A stretch of DNA of 64,000 nt from Candidatus Bathyarchaeota archaeon (GCA_963768425.1 CAVYHV010000006.1:224001-288000); one strand, 5' to 3'; positions 27,519-38,280 are shown, counted from the stretch's first letter. Program-made: numbers and translations. The notes: a model not told the origin generated them from the sequence alone.

Positions 27519-27616
27519 GAATTAAGCCAAAAGCAAAAATAAACCCCTTGCAGAAAATTAAAAAAATAAAAAAGAAAAAATTTGTAAGACTTGTAAAGAT
27601 GTTCAGCTAAATTAGC

Positions 27617-27760
27617 TTAATATCTTCTCGGTGGTCTTCGTTTTGCGTAGCATTCTCGGCAATATACTGGCCTGGTGCCGTCTGGTTTGAAAGGAACATC
27701 GCATTCTTTTCCACAGTCGGCGCAGGTTGCCTTGTGCATTTCGCGGTTGCCATATGACAT
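27617..27760 (-). CDS. CxxC-x17-CxxC domain microprotein, 47 aa (not in ORF track)
   Basis: MSYGNREMHKATCADCGKECDVPFKPDGTRPVYCRECYAKRRPPRRY*; AGGAG SD and upstream TATA. Confidence 0.92.
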   Translation of the reverse strand: MSYGNREMHKATCADCGKECDVPFKPDGTRPVYCRECYAKRRPPRRY

Positions 27761-27959
27761 TTCTAATTTTCAACTCCTACTATATTTGGTGTGCAAGAAG
27801 CGGTTCTTACACAGTATCCATAAAACCTGTGTTCATCCTTATAAATTGAGTGCCTACAGGATGCAGAAAGCTTGGCTGCCCCGTGGTCATTGAGCGGTTT
27901 TTCCTTTGGTTTTGTTTCTTTTCGGGAGCATTATATTTATACGCGACTTAAACATTGAT

Positions 27960-28646
27960 TTGGCAGTACAAGAAGGGAAAACCAGCAGTTTGACAGTTAT
28001 CGTTGACGACGCAGGCAGCGGCGACTTGCTTTTCGGGGTCGTAATCGGCGCTTACAGGGAAGAAACCGGCGAATTCAAGTATGACATGATAGACGTTCAC
28101 TTCTACCAGGAGATTTTCCGCGAAAAAGAGTACCTGCAAGAATCTTCCCGCGTAGTTTCTAGGCTTGTAAGCGGCTTCAACCTTAAACCCGACGAGGCAG
28201 TGCATATTTGCCAAGGATGCATCTTCGACGTCGCCGCTGAGACGCTCCGTAAAGTATACGGGGAAGACCGAGTTAAACGAGTCAGAGTGGTCGGCGAAGC
28301 CCAACGGCTTATTGAAATAGCTTATTTGGATGAGATCCGCAATTTAGGTTACGAACCACTAGCTGAACGCGAAGAGAAAAGGGGCAAAAGCTTTTTCCAC
28401 ATGATGCGTTGGCTAAAAGACAACCCGGATATGCTGCGGTATGCCAAAACGGGGTGGCCCAGGCTTAAGAATTATCATCTTTTTGAAAAGTTTCAAGAAG
28501 AGCCCGCTCACAAGGCTGTTTGCAGTGACTGCGGAGAGGAATGCGAGGTACCTTTTAAACCCCGCGAAAACCGACCTGTATACTGCCGAAAATGCTGGCC
28601 TGCCCATAGGCCTCCGAAGAAAAAACAGAAAAACGTAGTCCACTAG
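27960..28646 (+). CDS. RNase H-like (HII/HIII-like) domain fused to a C-terminal CxxC-x17-CxxC domain
   Basis: VIVDDAGSGDLLFGVVIG resembles the RNase HII GxDEAGRG..GP motif; C-terminal CSDCGEECEVPFKP..RPVYCRKC. Confidence 0.65.
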   Translation: MAVQEGKTSSLTVIVDDAGSGDLLFGVVIGAYREETGEFKYDMIDVHFYQEIFREKEYLQESSRVVSRLVSGFNLKPDEAVHICQGCIFDVAAETLRKVYGEDRVKRVRVVGEAQRLIEIAYLDEIRNLGYEPLAEREEKRGKSFFHMMRWLKDNPDMLRYAKTGWPRLKNYHLFEKFQEEPAHKAVCSDCGEECEVPFKPRENRPVYCRKCWPAHRPPKKKQKNVVH

Positions 28647-28769
28647 GTCCGCTTGCAGTGCAAGGTTATTTTAAACTGCTCAGGTAAATCGCCCTGAAAA
28701 ATTGGTTTTTTGAAGGGGAAAAATATAAGCAACCCTCTGCAAGTATGTGGTAAAAGGCGTACTTGTTAG

Positions 28770-29615
28770 ATGAAATGCCAAACGTGCGGTCAGGAACTTG
28801 ATCTTCCTTTCCATTGCCCATTCTGCGGGGGACAGTTCTGTAGTGCACACCGTATACCGGAGAACCATGCCTGCCCAAACATTGGTTTTGCACGTACGCA
28901 ACGGCAAGGGCAAGTGCTAACGCCTCAGTCGTTCAATTCTTATCAGTACAGCTACAAGGTGGGTCCGCCACGTCATAACCACATTACTTCTAGCCCTAAA
29001 GAAGTCAAGCATATTTCTGTTGCTGCGGGGCTTATCGTCGCCATAGGCTTCTCTATTGGTCTCTACGGACGATACTTCGGAGGCTTCAACTTTACTTGGA
29101 CATGGACTTTAATGGCGGCTTTCGCGGCAATCATGACGGCTTCAGTTTTGATTCATGAAATGGCACATAAAATAATGGCTCAAAGAAACGGACTGTGGGC
29201 AGAGTTCCGCCTAACCACCTGGGGAGTGGTGTTGACTTTTGTCTCGGTATTCTTGCCTTTCCGCATGATTGCGCCAGGCGCCATGATGATTTCCGGTTCA
29301 CCCAGCGGCGACGAAATAGTCAAAATCTCTATAGCTGGACCCGGCACAAACCTTGTTCTATCGGCAGGCATTCTCGGAGTTGCATTTGCTTTATCTCCTA
29401 CCCCCTTTATCTCCCAAACCCCGCTTGCTGCTATGCTGTTTTTCGCCGCCTACATCAACGCTTTCTTAGCAACCTTCAACCTGATACCCTTCGGAATTCT
29501 CGACGGTTACAAGATCTTTAGCGTTAAGAAGAAAGTGTGGCTTTCAGCTTTCATTCCAAGTGTCCTTCTAGCAATCTTAACTTTCATTTTAATTTCAGTA
29601 ACACTTGCACACTAA
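28770..29615 (+). CDS. AN1 zinc finger fused to an M50 site-2 metalloprotease
   Basis: CPFCGGQFCSAHRIPENHAC, HEMAH, AGP, FNLIPFGILDG. Confidence 0.9.
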   Translation: MKCQTCGQELDLPFHCPFCGGQFCSAHRIPENHACPNIGFARTQRQGQVLTPQSFNSYQYSYKVGPPRHNHITSSPKEVKHISVAAGLIVAIGFSIGLYGRYFGGFNFTWTWTLMAAFAAIMTASVLIHEMAHKIMAQRNGLWAEFRLTTWGVVLTFVSVFLPFRMIAPGAMMISGSPSGDEIVKISIAGPGTNLVLSAGILGVAFALSPTPFISQTPLAAMLFFAAYINAFLATFNLIPFGILDGYKIFSVKKKVWLSAFIPSVLLAILTFILISVTLAH

Positions 29616-29708
29616 GTGCTCCGCTTTTCAGACTTAATTCCATTCCTTTAGAGCACATGTTATATTTCAATACAATAATATTAATTATCGCCAGGCAGAG
29701 GGATTGCT

Positions 29709-30482
29709 TTGACATCGGACTCGGGCTCGTTTAAAAATCGTTATCTTTCGTCGAAATATGTTGAATTCTGGATGGCCGACAAAGGTATGGAGGCAGGCCG
29801 CAGCGTTTGGCGTCAAAGATTGCTTTCCTTTTTGCCTTTTGAACCAGCTGACAGCTTCCGCTTATTGGATCTGGGCACGGGAACAGGCGCCTTGAGCTTA
29901 GAAATTCTTAATCGTTTCCCAAACGTCTCCCTCACTTGCTTAGACTTCTCTGAAGCCATGCTTTCCCATGCCCGAGAACGGCTGGAAAAATTCAGCGAAA
30001 AAGTAACTTTCGTCCAAACGAACCTCCGAAACTCTGGATGGTCCAAAGCTGTCGACGGGACTTTTGATGCATTAGTCTCTTCTTTCGTCACCCACACCAT
30101 CCCTGACATGATCAAAAAGGTGTATCAGGAGCTTTTCGGGATAGTGAATCCAGACGGATGCTTCCTATCCTGCGACGTTTTTCCGCCGCCAGGTCCAGTT
30201 CTGGAACGGATTTACCACAAATCCCGGCTTCTTGACCGTCAATACGGGATCAAAATGAAAACCGGGGCAGAAAAAACCATCTCGGAAGTGGAACAACTAC
30301 TGCGGGAGCGTCGCGAAAGCTACAAGGCTTTCTTTAAGGCTGACGACAGAATCTTGACCATAGGTTCCCCGACAGTCATGAATCACCTGGAGTGGCTGAA
30401 GGAAGCTGGCTTTGACGAAGTTGACTGCCTTGAAAAACATACCCGCAACGCCATTATCGGCGGCTTTAGGAATAAACGATAG
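29709..30482 (+). CDS. Class I SAM-dependent methyltransferase
   Basis: LLDLGTGTG, LDFSEAML. Confidence 0.88.
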   Translation: MTSDSGSFKNRYLSSKYVEFWMADKGMEAGRSVWRQRLLSFLPFEPADSFRLLDLGTGTGALSLEILNRFPNVSLTCLDFSEAMLSHARERLEKFSEKVTFVQTNLRNSGWSKAVDGTFDALVSSFVTHTIPDMIKKVYQELFGIVNPDGCFLSCDVFPPPGPVLERIYHKSRLLDRQYGIKMKTGAEKTISEVEQLLRERRESYKAFFKADDRILTIGSPTVMNHLEWLKEAGFDEVDCLEKHTRNAIIGGFRNKR

Positions 30483-30521
30483 GAACAGAAAACAAATGAT
30501 TAGCAAAAAATTGCTTTTTTC

Positions 30522-30839
30522 TTAGATGAGTTCAATTGTTACGTGGACTTCTTCTGGGACGCGGATACGCATGATTCTACGCATGACTCGTTCTTCGGAG
30601 TCTATGTCGATTAACCGCTTGTGAATACGCATTTCCCATTTGTCCCATGTTGCTGTTCCCTCACCTGACGGCGCTTTCAAAACTGGAACCCGAAGCCGTT
30701 TGGTAGGCAATGGGACTGGACCGTTGATTTTGACGCCTGTCTTTAGAGCGATGCTTCTGAGTTCTCCGCAGACCTCTTCAAGTTTGCTGTAATCTGTGCT
30801 TGTGAGGCGTATTCGTGCTTTTCTTACCATTTTGGTCAA
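30522..30839 (-). CDS. rps10: 30S ribosomal protein S10 (uS10)
   Basis: [37 protein letters not shown]. Confidence 0.97.
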   Translation of the reverse strand: MTKMVRKARIRLTSTDYSKLEEVCGELRSIALKTGVKINGPVPLPTKRLRVPVLKAPSGEGTATWDKWEMRIHKRLIDIDSEERVMRRIMRIRVPEEVHVTIELI

Positions 30840-31012
30840 TCAATCCATTATTTTTCTGTCTAATATATGTTGATGCCACCTAAGAGACTTAAATGGAACA
30901 TAAAAAGCTATCGACGCACAAAACCGAGGTTAAAGCGTCAATTTACAGCTTACCAAAATAAGCATTGTAGCTTAACGGAACGGCTGAAAATTAACTGCAA
31001 CAGCTTTTTTGT

Positions 31013-31237
31013 TTATTGCCGAGTTGTATCGCTTACTCTTTTTACGATTGCCGCTGTTTGTTCTGGCGTAAACCGTTCCTCTTGGCAAGATGGACATTTG
31101 AGCGCTTTTACTTTATGAAGTACGATGCCGTCTACTTCAAAATCAAATTCGACCTCAACGTATTCGATGCAGCAGACAGGACAAAGCAGCGCGCCAGCCT
31201 TGGTGCCAGCAGATTTTTTAGGCGAATTTTTTTCCAA
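31013..31237 (-). CDS. YgiT/MqsA-type zinc-finger protein
   Basis: CPVC...KVKALKCPSCQEERFT. Confidence 0.7.
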   Translation of the reverse strand: MEKNSPKKSAGTKAGALLCPVCCIEYVEVEFDFEVDGIVLHKVKALKCPSCQEERFTPEQTAAIVKRVSDTTRQ

Positions 31238-31688
31238 GCTCTTCCGCCCAAGCCTCTACCTTAGTCAAATCAGTGTTGTCAACCATTGTTTTTCTGAAAT
31301 ACCTTATGCGGCCGCCGAAGGCTTCCGTGCTCACCGGGCTAATCGTGGAGAATTTGGCGAGGTTTTTTTCGACAAATCTAGCTTTTGCGTTTTCGTAGCT
31401 TCCAGGGGTGCCAGCCCAAGTGGAAGAGACAAAGAAAGCAACGTTTTTGCCGGTTAAGTCGTTTTCAAGGAACCTTAAGGCTTTGCCATAGACTCTGCCG
31501 CCTCTGACACCGCCGCCCACAACTATGTTTTGGTACTGCTTCAGATCTAGGATTTTTTGCTCTTTTAAGTCAACCAAATCGACTTCAATTTGATATCTGG
31601 AGCGTAGGACTTCCGCGATTTTGCGTGCTGCCTCTTCTGTAGCTCCGCCCTTGGTAACATAAGCGATGAGAGTTTTGCCTGACGCCAA
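31218..31688 (-). CDS. Flavodoxin-domain protein (HemG-like)
   Basis: LIAYVTKGGATEEAA, FGGRI. Confidence 0.85.
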   Translation of the reverse strand: MASGKTLIAYVTKGGATEEAARKIAEVLRSRYQIEVDLVDLKEQKILDLKQYQNIVVGGGVRGGRVYGKALRFLENDLTGKNVAFFVSSTWAGTPGSYENAKARFVEKNLAKFSTISPVSTEAFGGRIRYFRKTMVDNTDLTKVEAWAEELGKKFA

Positions 31689-31690
31689 TT

Positions 31691-32044
31691 CTAAGCGCCG
31701 CCGCCATGCGACTCTTCAATCGGGGCAATCCTGGCTCCGCAGTTGTTGCAGAAAATGGCGCTTGAAGGATTTTTCGTATTGCATTTTGGGCAAGCGGTTG
31801 TTGGTTGCGCTACGGGTTTTTGCCGCAGGTCTTCTCTTGCTTTTTTGAGGGCTGCATGGGTTTCCCGAGCGGCAAGATTAAACGCACGTTCAAGCTCTGA
31901 TCCTACAGTGTAGAACGCGTCTGTCAACTGGTCGGTTGGGTAAACCGCGTGGGCTGATTTGCCTTTGAGCGTTTTGGTGCCGCATTTTGGGCAGAAATTG
32001 GCGTCTTCAGCCATTTTTTCGCCGCAGTGGGTACAGTAAACCAA
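31691..32044 (-). CDS. Double zinc-ribbon protein
   Basis: CTHCG..FCPKCG and CPKC..FCNNCG. Confidence 0.85.
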   Translation of the reverse strand: MVYCTHCGEKMAEDANFCPKCGTKTLKGKSAHAVYPTDQLTDAFYTVGSELERAFNLAARETHAALKKAREDLRQKPVAQPTTACPKCNTKNPSSAIFCNNCGARIAPIEESHGGGA

Positions 32045-32163
32045 TTATTTTCACCGTTGATTAGCATGTTAGACTGCAAATTTAAGCCTTTACTACCCTT
32101 AAAGGGAAGGTATTGTGGTAAGAAAAGAGGTAAAGAAAATAAAAAAAAGAAAGACTGGAGCTT

Positions 32164-33525
32164 TTATTCTACGAGTTTTTGTTTGGCTTCTGCGATCAGT
32201 TTTATGGTTTGTTGTCGCCACGGCTCAAAGTTTTGGGGTGAAGTTGGGTAAGTATTGTAGTGTGCGCTGAGTCCCCGCATCATTGTAACGGTTAAGCGAA
32301 GTTTGTTGAGGAATCCTACGCGTCGTATGCCGCGGAACACGCGTTTTGCGGTTTCCGTGATGTTTAGGTGGAAGTCGTCGCCCATTCCAGCTTTGAGAAC
32401 GTCATCTTCAGTCATGAGTTTTTCGTTCATGCCATAGTTGAGGTCTGCATCGCTACAGGATAAGAGGAACATCTTGAAAATATCAAGGGTCCCTTGTTTC
32501 TTGCCATAAGTGTCGATGTATTTCTTGTTGTAACCCCAAAGCGCCTCTTTGGTCGGTTCACCTTTGTTTAGGGCTTCAACGATTTGTTGCCCTGCAAGAT
32601 AGCCGCTGAGCATTGAAGGCCCAATGCCGCCTCCATGGATTGGATTAACTAACGAAGCAGCATCACCAGTCAATACGACACCATTTGAAACCATATTGTC
32701 TAATGGTCTGCGAACTGGATCAAACCATGAGCCACCATTTAAAACAACAGATCCGTCAAAGATCGGTTTCTTAAAGGCTGTGTCATACAGTTGCTGCTTG
32801 GGGTTAGGGTAGTTTTCGCGCATGCAGGTACCTATGCCCACGTTGACGCGGGCGCCGCCTTTGGGAAAAATCCAAATGTATCCACCTGGCGAGGCTTTTT
32901 GGTTAAGATAGATTTCACAGAAGCGGGTGTTTTCGGTTTCTTGCTTAAGTTGGCGAATCTCTCGGTAGCATGCTTCGACATCTTCGTTTGCTATGTCACG
33001 ATCTATGCCCATCTCAGCAGGTAGTTTTTTGCGGACCATGCCGAAGTAGCCTGTAGCGTCTACCACGACTTTACTTCGCATCTCTGCCACTTTGCCAGTT
33101 ACCATGTTTTTCGCGGTTATGCCTGCTACTGCGCCTTTCTCAATTATAGGTGAACGGAAATTCATGTTATCTTCAAGAACTGCGCCTTTGTCAGTTGCTT
33201 TATTGAGTAGCCACTGCCCAAACAACCTTCGATTAAGAAGGTAGCCGACAAAGTCTTTGTCCGCAATGGTGAAAACCGTGTTTTCATCCGGCGAATAAAT
33301 CTTGATTCCGTCAATCTTCGCTTCCAATTCGCCACTTGTGGGTTTCTCAAGCCCCAAGAATTTGAGGTGGTGCTCGCCCAAGGCGTCGCCGCAGATTTTT
33401 TCCCCTATTTGTTCCCGCGGCTTCTTTTCAACTATGCATACTTTTAAGCCTGATCCAGCGCTGGTTTTTGCGGCTAAGCAACCTGCTGTTCCAGCGCCAA
33501 CGACTATGACGTCATATTTTTCCAA
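32164..33525 (-). CDS. Digeranylgeranylglycerophospholipid reductase (GGR)
   Basis: VVGAGTAG, KICGD, PGGYIWIFP, GDAA..NPIHGGG. Confidence 0.92.
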   Translation of the reverse strand: MEKYDVIVVGAGTAGCLAAKTSAGSGLKVCIVEKKPREQIGEKICGDALGEHHLKFLGLEKPTSGELEAKIDGIKIYSPDENTVFTIADKDFVGYLLNRRLFGQWLLNKATDKGAVLEDNMNFRSPIIEKGAVAGITAKNMVTGKVAEMRSKVVVDATGYFGMVRKKLPAEMGIDRDIANEDVEACYREIRQLKQETENTRFCEIYLNQKASPGGYIWIFPKGGARVNVGIGTCMRENYPNPKQQLYDTAFKKPIFDGSVVLNGGSWFDPVRRPLDNMVSNGVVLTGDAASLVNPIHGGGIGPSMLSGYLAGQQIVEALNKGEPTKEALWGYNKKYIDTYGKKQGTLDIFKMFLLSCSDADLNYGMNEKLMTEDDVLKAGMGDDFHLNITETAKRVFRGIRRVGFLNKLRLTVTMMRGLSAHYNTYPTSPQNFEPWRQQTIKLIAEAKQKLVE

Positions 33526-33624
33526 GAGTCTTATCCTCCAAACTGATGTAATTTGTATACCTTGTTGTATATGTAAACCTTAATAAATTGTGAAGTGAGC
33601 TAGACCACACCAAGTGTAAAACGA

Positions 33625-34065
33625 ATGAGTGCCCCATTAACTTTAAGCGCGGAGTTCCGCAAAATCGTGGAAGCCAGAATGGACCAGGTACTCAAAGGGG
33701 TAGAAGTTACCTTTAACCAGATAATTGAAACCCAAAAGATAACTCCAGCCGAGTTGAAACAAGAAATTGACAGTCTGCAAGAAACATTTAACCTGCTCTT
33801 CCAGAAATGGAGCCTTGAGATACTGTACACGTTGCTGCTGAAGAATGAAATTGGCTTCGGCGAAATCAAAAAAATCCTTACAGTCAACTCTCGGACCCTG
33901 TCGGACAAGCTTAAGATGCTTTCAGAGCACGGATACGTAACAAGAAGCGTTTCCGCTGGTCCCCCGCTGAGGGTCGATTACTCGTTAACGGGTAAGGGGA
34001 AGAACACTGTGCTTCTTGCTTTACCGCTTATTTACTACTCAAGCAGCTCAGAAGTTAAAGCTTAG
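33625..34065 (+). CDS. HxlR-family transcriptional regulator
   Basis: KWSLEIL, RTLSDKLK.L, PLRVDYSLT.KG. Confidence 0.88.
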   Translation: MSAPLTLSAEFRKIVEARMDQVLKGVEVTFNQIIETQKITPAELKQEIDSLQETFNLLFQKWSLEILYTLLLKNEIGFGEIKKILTVNSRTLSDKLKMLSEHGYVTRSVSAGPPLRVDYSLTGKGKNTVLLALPLIYYSSSSEVKA

Positions 34066-34570
34066 ACAGCTTGGTTTCATTTCTCTTAAACGGGTAGGGC
34101 AAACTAGAGGTTTCCTTCATGGTTTCAAAAACCATGCATGTCAGAGTCTTTTCTAGACCCTTAATAAGCCTCAACTTATCAACAACAAACCTGCCGACTG
34201 CCTCCACGCTTTCAGCACGAAGCTTCACCAACAAATCCCAGTCACCCGTAATTATATGAACCTCTTGAACTTCCGGGAAACGCGCGATTTCTTCAGCCAC
34301 AGCCCGTTGGGAAATTGGGGCACCGTCAGTTTTTGTTGTATAGGATACCGATGCTAAGATGAATGCTGACGTACCAAGGTTGAGTTTTTCAGGGTTAAGG
34401 ATGGCTCTGTACTGCTTTATTATGCCGAGTTCTTCCATTCGTTTTGTTTTTGCGAAGACAGTAGTTATTGGGGCGCTGATTTTTTTGGCGATTTGGTTTG
34501 CTGTTAGTTTGCTGTTTTCCTGAATGAGTTGAAGTATGGCTAAGTCTTTTTCATCAAGTTTAGTGCTCAT
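34055..34570 (-). CDS. Lrp/AsnC-family regulator
   Basis: LDEKDLAIL HTH, ITGDWDLL; divergent from asnA. Confidence 0.92.
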   Translation of the reverse strand: MSTKLDEKDLAILQLIQENSKLTANQIAKKISAPITTVFAKTKRMEELGIIKQYRAILNPEKLNLGTSAFILASVSYTTKTDGAPISQRAVAEEIARFPEVQEVHIITGDWDLLVKLRAESVEAVGRFVVDKLRLIKGLEKTLTCMVFETMKETSSLPYPFKRNETKLSKL

Positions 34571-34687
34571 ATGTAAATATTACAACTCCTTATAGTAAAA
34601 TCTTGTGTTTATTGTAATTTATACACGTTTTATTATAAAAAATTTATTATGTTGTTTGCATAGTATTTGTTCCAACAATTAAAAGGA

Positions 34688-35667
34688 ATGAGCAAAATGA
34701 AAGGCACACAAGAACAAATCCAAATGCCAAAAACGTTAGATCGACTTTCAGCGAGTGAGCTGGAAAGAAAAGCATGTATAGGCAAAGTTATGACTTACAC
34801 CCTTAATAGCCTGACCTCAACATTTGTAAGTGAAGGCTACCAGTGGCTTCTACCTGTCGCTCTGAGCCAAAGTACTGACCCGCTTTGGCCTGACCCAGGC
34901 GCATCTATCGAAAAAAGAATCGAGGTCGATATTTACGGCAAACCTGTACGCACAACCGCAAGCATGATTATCCATAAACTTGTGGCCGCATCAACAGCTT
35001 ACTCTAAACTTTTCATTCTTTCGCCCAACATACGCATCGAAAAAGCTGAACGCGCCAAGACGGGCAAACACATTTACGAGTTCACGCAACTTGACTTCGA
35101 AGCCAGAGACACTAGCTCAAAAGAAATCATGTCTCTTGTTGAAGGAGCACTCTGCGAACTCGTCAAAGACGTAAAGAAGGACATGAAAAGCGAATTAACG
35201 AGCCTTTGTCGATGTGACACATTAAAATCTCTGAAGGCACCTTTCAAAGTATACGATCGAGTAGAACTAGAGGCTAAATACGGTGCAAACGATTGGGAAG
35301 CCGCCTCGCTGAAGAAATAAAGAAACCTGTTTGGGTGACAAATATTCCGAGAGAATTCTACGATTTCGAAGACTTCAAAACTGGTAAATGGGATAACTAC
35401 GACTTGTTCCTTCCGCAGTTCGGCGAAGTTCTTTCAGGCGCAAAACGAGAATGGGAATACAGCAAGATTTCAAAGAAAATCGAACGCGACCAAGTCAAAA
35501 AGGAAAACTACGCGTTGATCCTGACGTTGGCCAAAGAAGGAAGGCTGAAACCTACTGCTGGTGGCGGAATCGGCATGGAACGTTTAGTCGGCTGGATTGC
35601 AGGCGTTAAACATGTTGCTGAATGTCAACCGTTCCCGAGGATCCCTGGAACTGTAAATGAACTCTGA
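34688..35667 (+). CDS. asnA: Archaeal asparagine synthetase A (AsnRS-like), frameshifted near 35300
   Basis: STDPLWPDP, SMIIHK, SPNIRIEK, EFTQLDFE, GEVLSG, GGGIGMERL. Confidence 0.88.
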
Positions 35668-35798
35668 TTCTGTGTAAAGAAACGCATCGGCGAACTATAC
35701 AATCCTCAACTTTTCTTTTAATTGCGAAAAGTTTATCTTTACTTATGCCGCCATCAGAAAGGAAAACGTTTAATCCTAAAGTAGTTGGAGATTGAAAA

Positions 35799-37709
35799 AT
35801 GGCTATAATGAATCCTTATCTTGAGGCGCTTCAGCCTCTACTCAGCGAGGCAGACTTCAAAAAACTAAGCAAAATAGACAATCCAAACGTTCACGAGTTC
35901 ATAGCTAAGGAAAGCGACCTTTGCCAACCTAAAGACATTTTCATCTGCAGCGACTCCGCCGAAGACATCGCTCACGTACGCAAACAAGCAATATCCAGCG
36001 GGGAAGAACAAGCAATTCTAACCCTTCCAGGGCACACGGTACATTTTGATGGTGAATATGATCAAGGTCGAGACCGCCAAGCTACCAAGTATCTTGTACC
36101 AAAAGGCGTCATCTTAAGCAAAGCCCTCAACCAGATGGATCGCCAAGAAGGACTAGCTGAAGTCAGATCTCTTCTGCGCGATTCCATGCAGAATAAAACC
36201 ATGATTGTTCGCTTTATATCGCTGGGACCTCAAGATTCAATCTTCACAATTCTCGGTTTGCAATGCACTGACTCATGGTATGTCGCTCACTCTGAAAGCT
36301 TACTTTACCGCTCAGGTTACGAACAGTTTGTTAAAGCAGGGCCAAAAAGCGATTTCCTACGAGTTGTTCACTCAGCAGGAAAACTAAACGGCGACATGAT
36401 CAGCGTTGATCACGACAAAAAATGCGTCTACATCGACCACATGGACAACACAATCTACAGCGTGAATACCCAGTACGCCGGCAACTCTGTAGGGTTCAAG
36501 AAACTGGCGTTCCGCCTAGCAATTCGCAAAGCGAGCAGCGAAGGCTGGCTGGCAGAACACATGCTGCTTATGGGCGTTTTTGGGCCAGGCGGACGAAAAA
36601 CCTACTTTGCAGGAGCATTCCCAAGTGCATGCGGAAAAACCTCAACAGCAATGCTTCCCGGAGAGACCATTTTGGGCGACGACATCGCATACATCCGCGA
36701 CATAGACGCCGTAGCGCACGCAGTTAACGTAGAATCAGGCATCTTTGGCATAATACAGGACGTGAACCCCAAAGATGATGCCCTAATCCACCAATTGCTA
36801 ACTAACCCAGGCGAAATAATATTTTCAAACGTGCTGGTTAAAGATGGCAAACCATACTGGCTCGGTATGGGACAGGAGCTTCCTAAAGACGGCTGCAACT
36901 ATACTGGTGCATGGTTCGATGGCAAAAAAGACGAGTCTGGCAACGATATTCCGCCAGCCAACAAAAACGCACGTTACACCTTGGCGCTTAAAGCGTTAAA
37001 GAACTGTGACGCGGAGCTTCATAACCCAATGGGCATTGAAGTTGGTGGCATAATGTATGGTGGACGTGACTACAAGGCTTACGTGCCAGTTCAGCAAAGC
37101 TTCAGCTGGCAACATGGCATCATCGCCTATGGTGCCTCGCTTGAAACCGTGACTACCTTCGCCACAGTTGGCAAAGAAGGCGTTCCAGAAATCAACATGA
37201 TGAGCATACAGGACTTCATCTCAATCCCTCTTGGAAAAAACGTGCACAACAACCTTGACTTTGGCCGAAAAATCAAGAAGCAACCTATAATCTTCGGAGT
37301 CAACTATTTTCTTAAAGAAGTCGGCAACGGCAAATACTTAAACGGCACACAGGACAAGCACGTTTGGATAAAATGGATGGAGCAAAGAGTACATAAGGAA
37401 GTTGGCGCCATAGAAACCCCAACAGGCTACATCCCAAAATACGAAGATCTTCAAAAGCTTTTCAAACAAGTGCTCAACAAAAACTATCCAAGAGAAGACT
37501 ACCTCAAGCAGTTCACCATTCGCGTCCCAGAAAACCTCGCAAAGATTGACCGGGTTTCAAGATTCTACCAGGAAAACGTCACCGACACACCACTAGAACT
37601 CTTCGGTATCCTATATCTGCAACGTCAACGGCTCCTTGAAGCAAAAGAAAAATACGGCGACTACATTTCTCCCGAGAAATTTGAGCAAGAAAAAACAAAG
37701 CAAACTTAA
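35799..37709 (+). CDS. pckG: Phosphoenolpyruvate carboxykinase (GTP)
   Basis: YAGNSVG.KK, WLAEHM, GAFPSACGKT, GDDIAY. Confidence 0.96.
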   Translation: MAIMNPYLEALQPLLSEADFKKLSKIDNPNVHEFIAKESDLCQPKDIFICSDSAEDIAHVRKQAISSGEEQAILTLPGHTVHFDGEYDQGRDRQATKYLVPKGVILSKALNQMDRQEGLAEVRSLLRDSMQNKTMIVRFISLGPQDSIFTILGLQCTDSWYVAHSESLLYRSGYEQFVKAGPKSDFLRVVHSAGKLNGDMISVDHDKKCVYIDHMDNTIYSVNTQYAGNSVGFKKLAFRLAIRKASSEGWLAEHMLLMGVFGPGGRKTYFAGAFPSACGKTSTAMLPGETILGDDIAYIRDIDAVAHAVNVESGIFGIIQDVNPKDDALIHQLLTNPGEIIFSNVLVKDGKPYWLGMGQELPKDGCNYTGAWFDGKKDESGNDIPPANKNARYTLALKALKNCDAELHNPMGIEVGGIMYGGRDYKAYVPVQQSFSWQHGIIAYGASLETVTTFATVGKEGVPEINMMSIQDFISIPLGKNVHNNLDFGRKIKKQPIIFGVNYFLKEVGNGKYLNGTQDKHVWIKWMEQRVHKEVGAIETPTGYIPKYEDLQKLFKQVLNKNYPREDYLKQFTIRVPENLAKIDRVSRFYQENVTDTPLELFGILYLQRQRLLEAKEKYGDYISPEKFEQEKTKQT

Positions 37710-37856
37710 TCTGCTGGGGAGGCATCTTTTTTTGTTTCTTCGTTTGGGTAAAATCTTAAAAGTATCCTCTATACAGACTAAGAATTCATAACGGTTAATT
37801 AAGAAAAACAATTAAGAAGAAACACAGAACAAAAAAGCAAAACAAGGGTAAGTAAA

Positions 37857-38105
37857 ATGATGATGAAAAAGCTCGAGAAAAAATGTTTCCCCTTTACCAT
37901 AAACCTAGTAGCTATGGAGGGAGACGGTACATTCGCATGCCCCAAATGCGGGACAATGATTTCGCCTGACGACGAATCCGAATCCAACTACAAAATCGTC
38001 GATACCAAAGTCACGAACGATGAACTTACTGAACTAGTCATCTCATGCGGCAAATGCGGCAGCACAATCATAATCACCGGCTTCCAAGCAGGGATCGATT
38101 CATAA
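37857..38105 (+). CDS. Small zinc-ribbon protein
   Basis: GDGTFACPKCG..ISPDD...CGKCGS. Confidence 0.75.
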   Translation: MMMKKLEKKCFPFTINLVAMEGDGTFACPKCGTMISPDDESESNYKIVDTKVTNDELTELVISCGKCGSTIIITGFQAGIDS

Positions 38106-38280
38106 AAAAATACAAAAAATAGTTCTTAACTCATTCTTATTCTAATTGCCAAGCCAAATTAACCGATACATCTGATTTCTATGAAAACCTTGATTTTGGA
38201 AGCTACTTTGACCTTTTATCTTTGTTTTTGAGCAAATGGTTTATTTTGTCTTTTTTACATTAATCGAGCTGTGGATTTAG

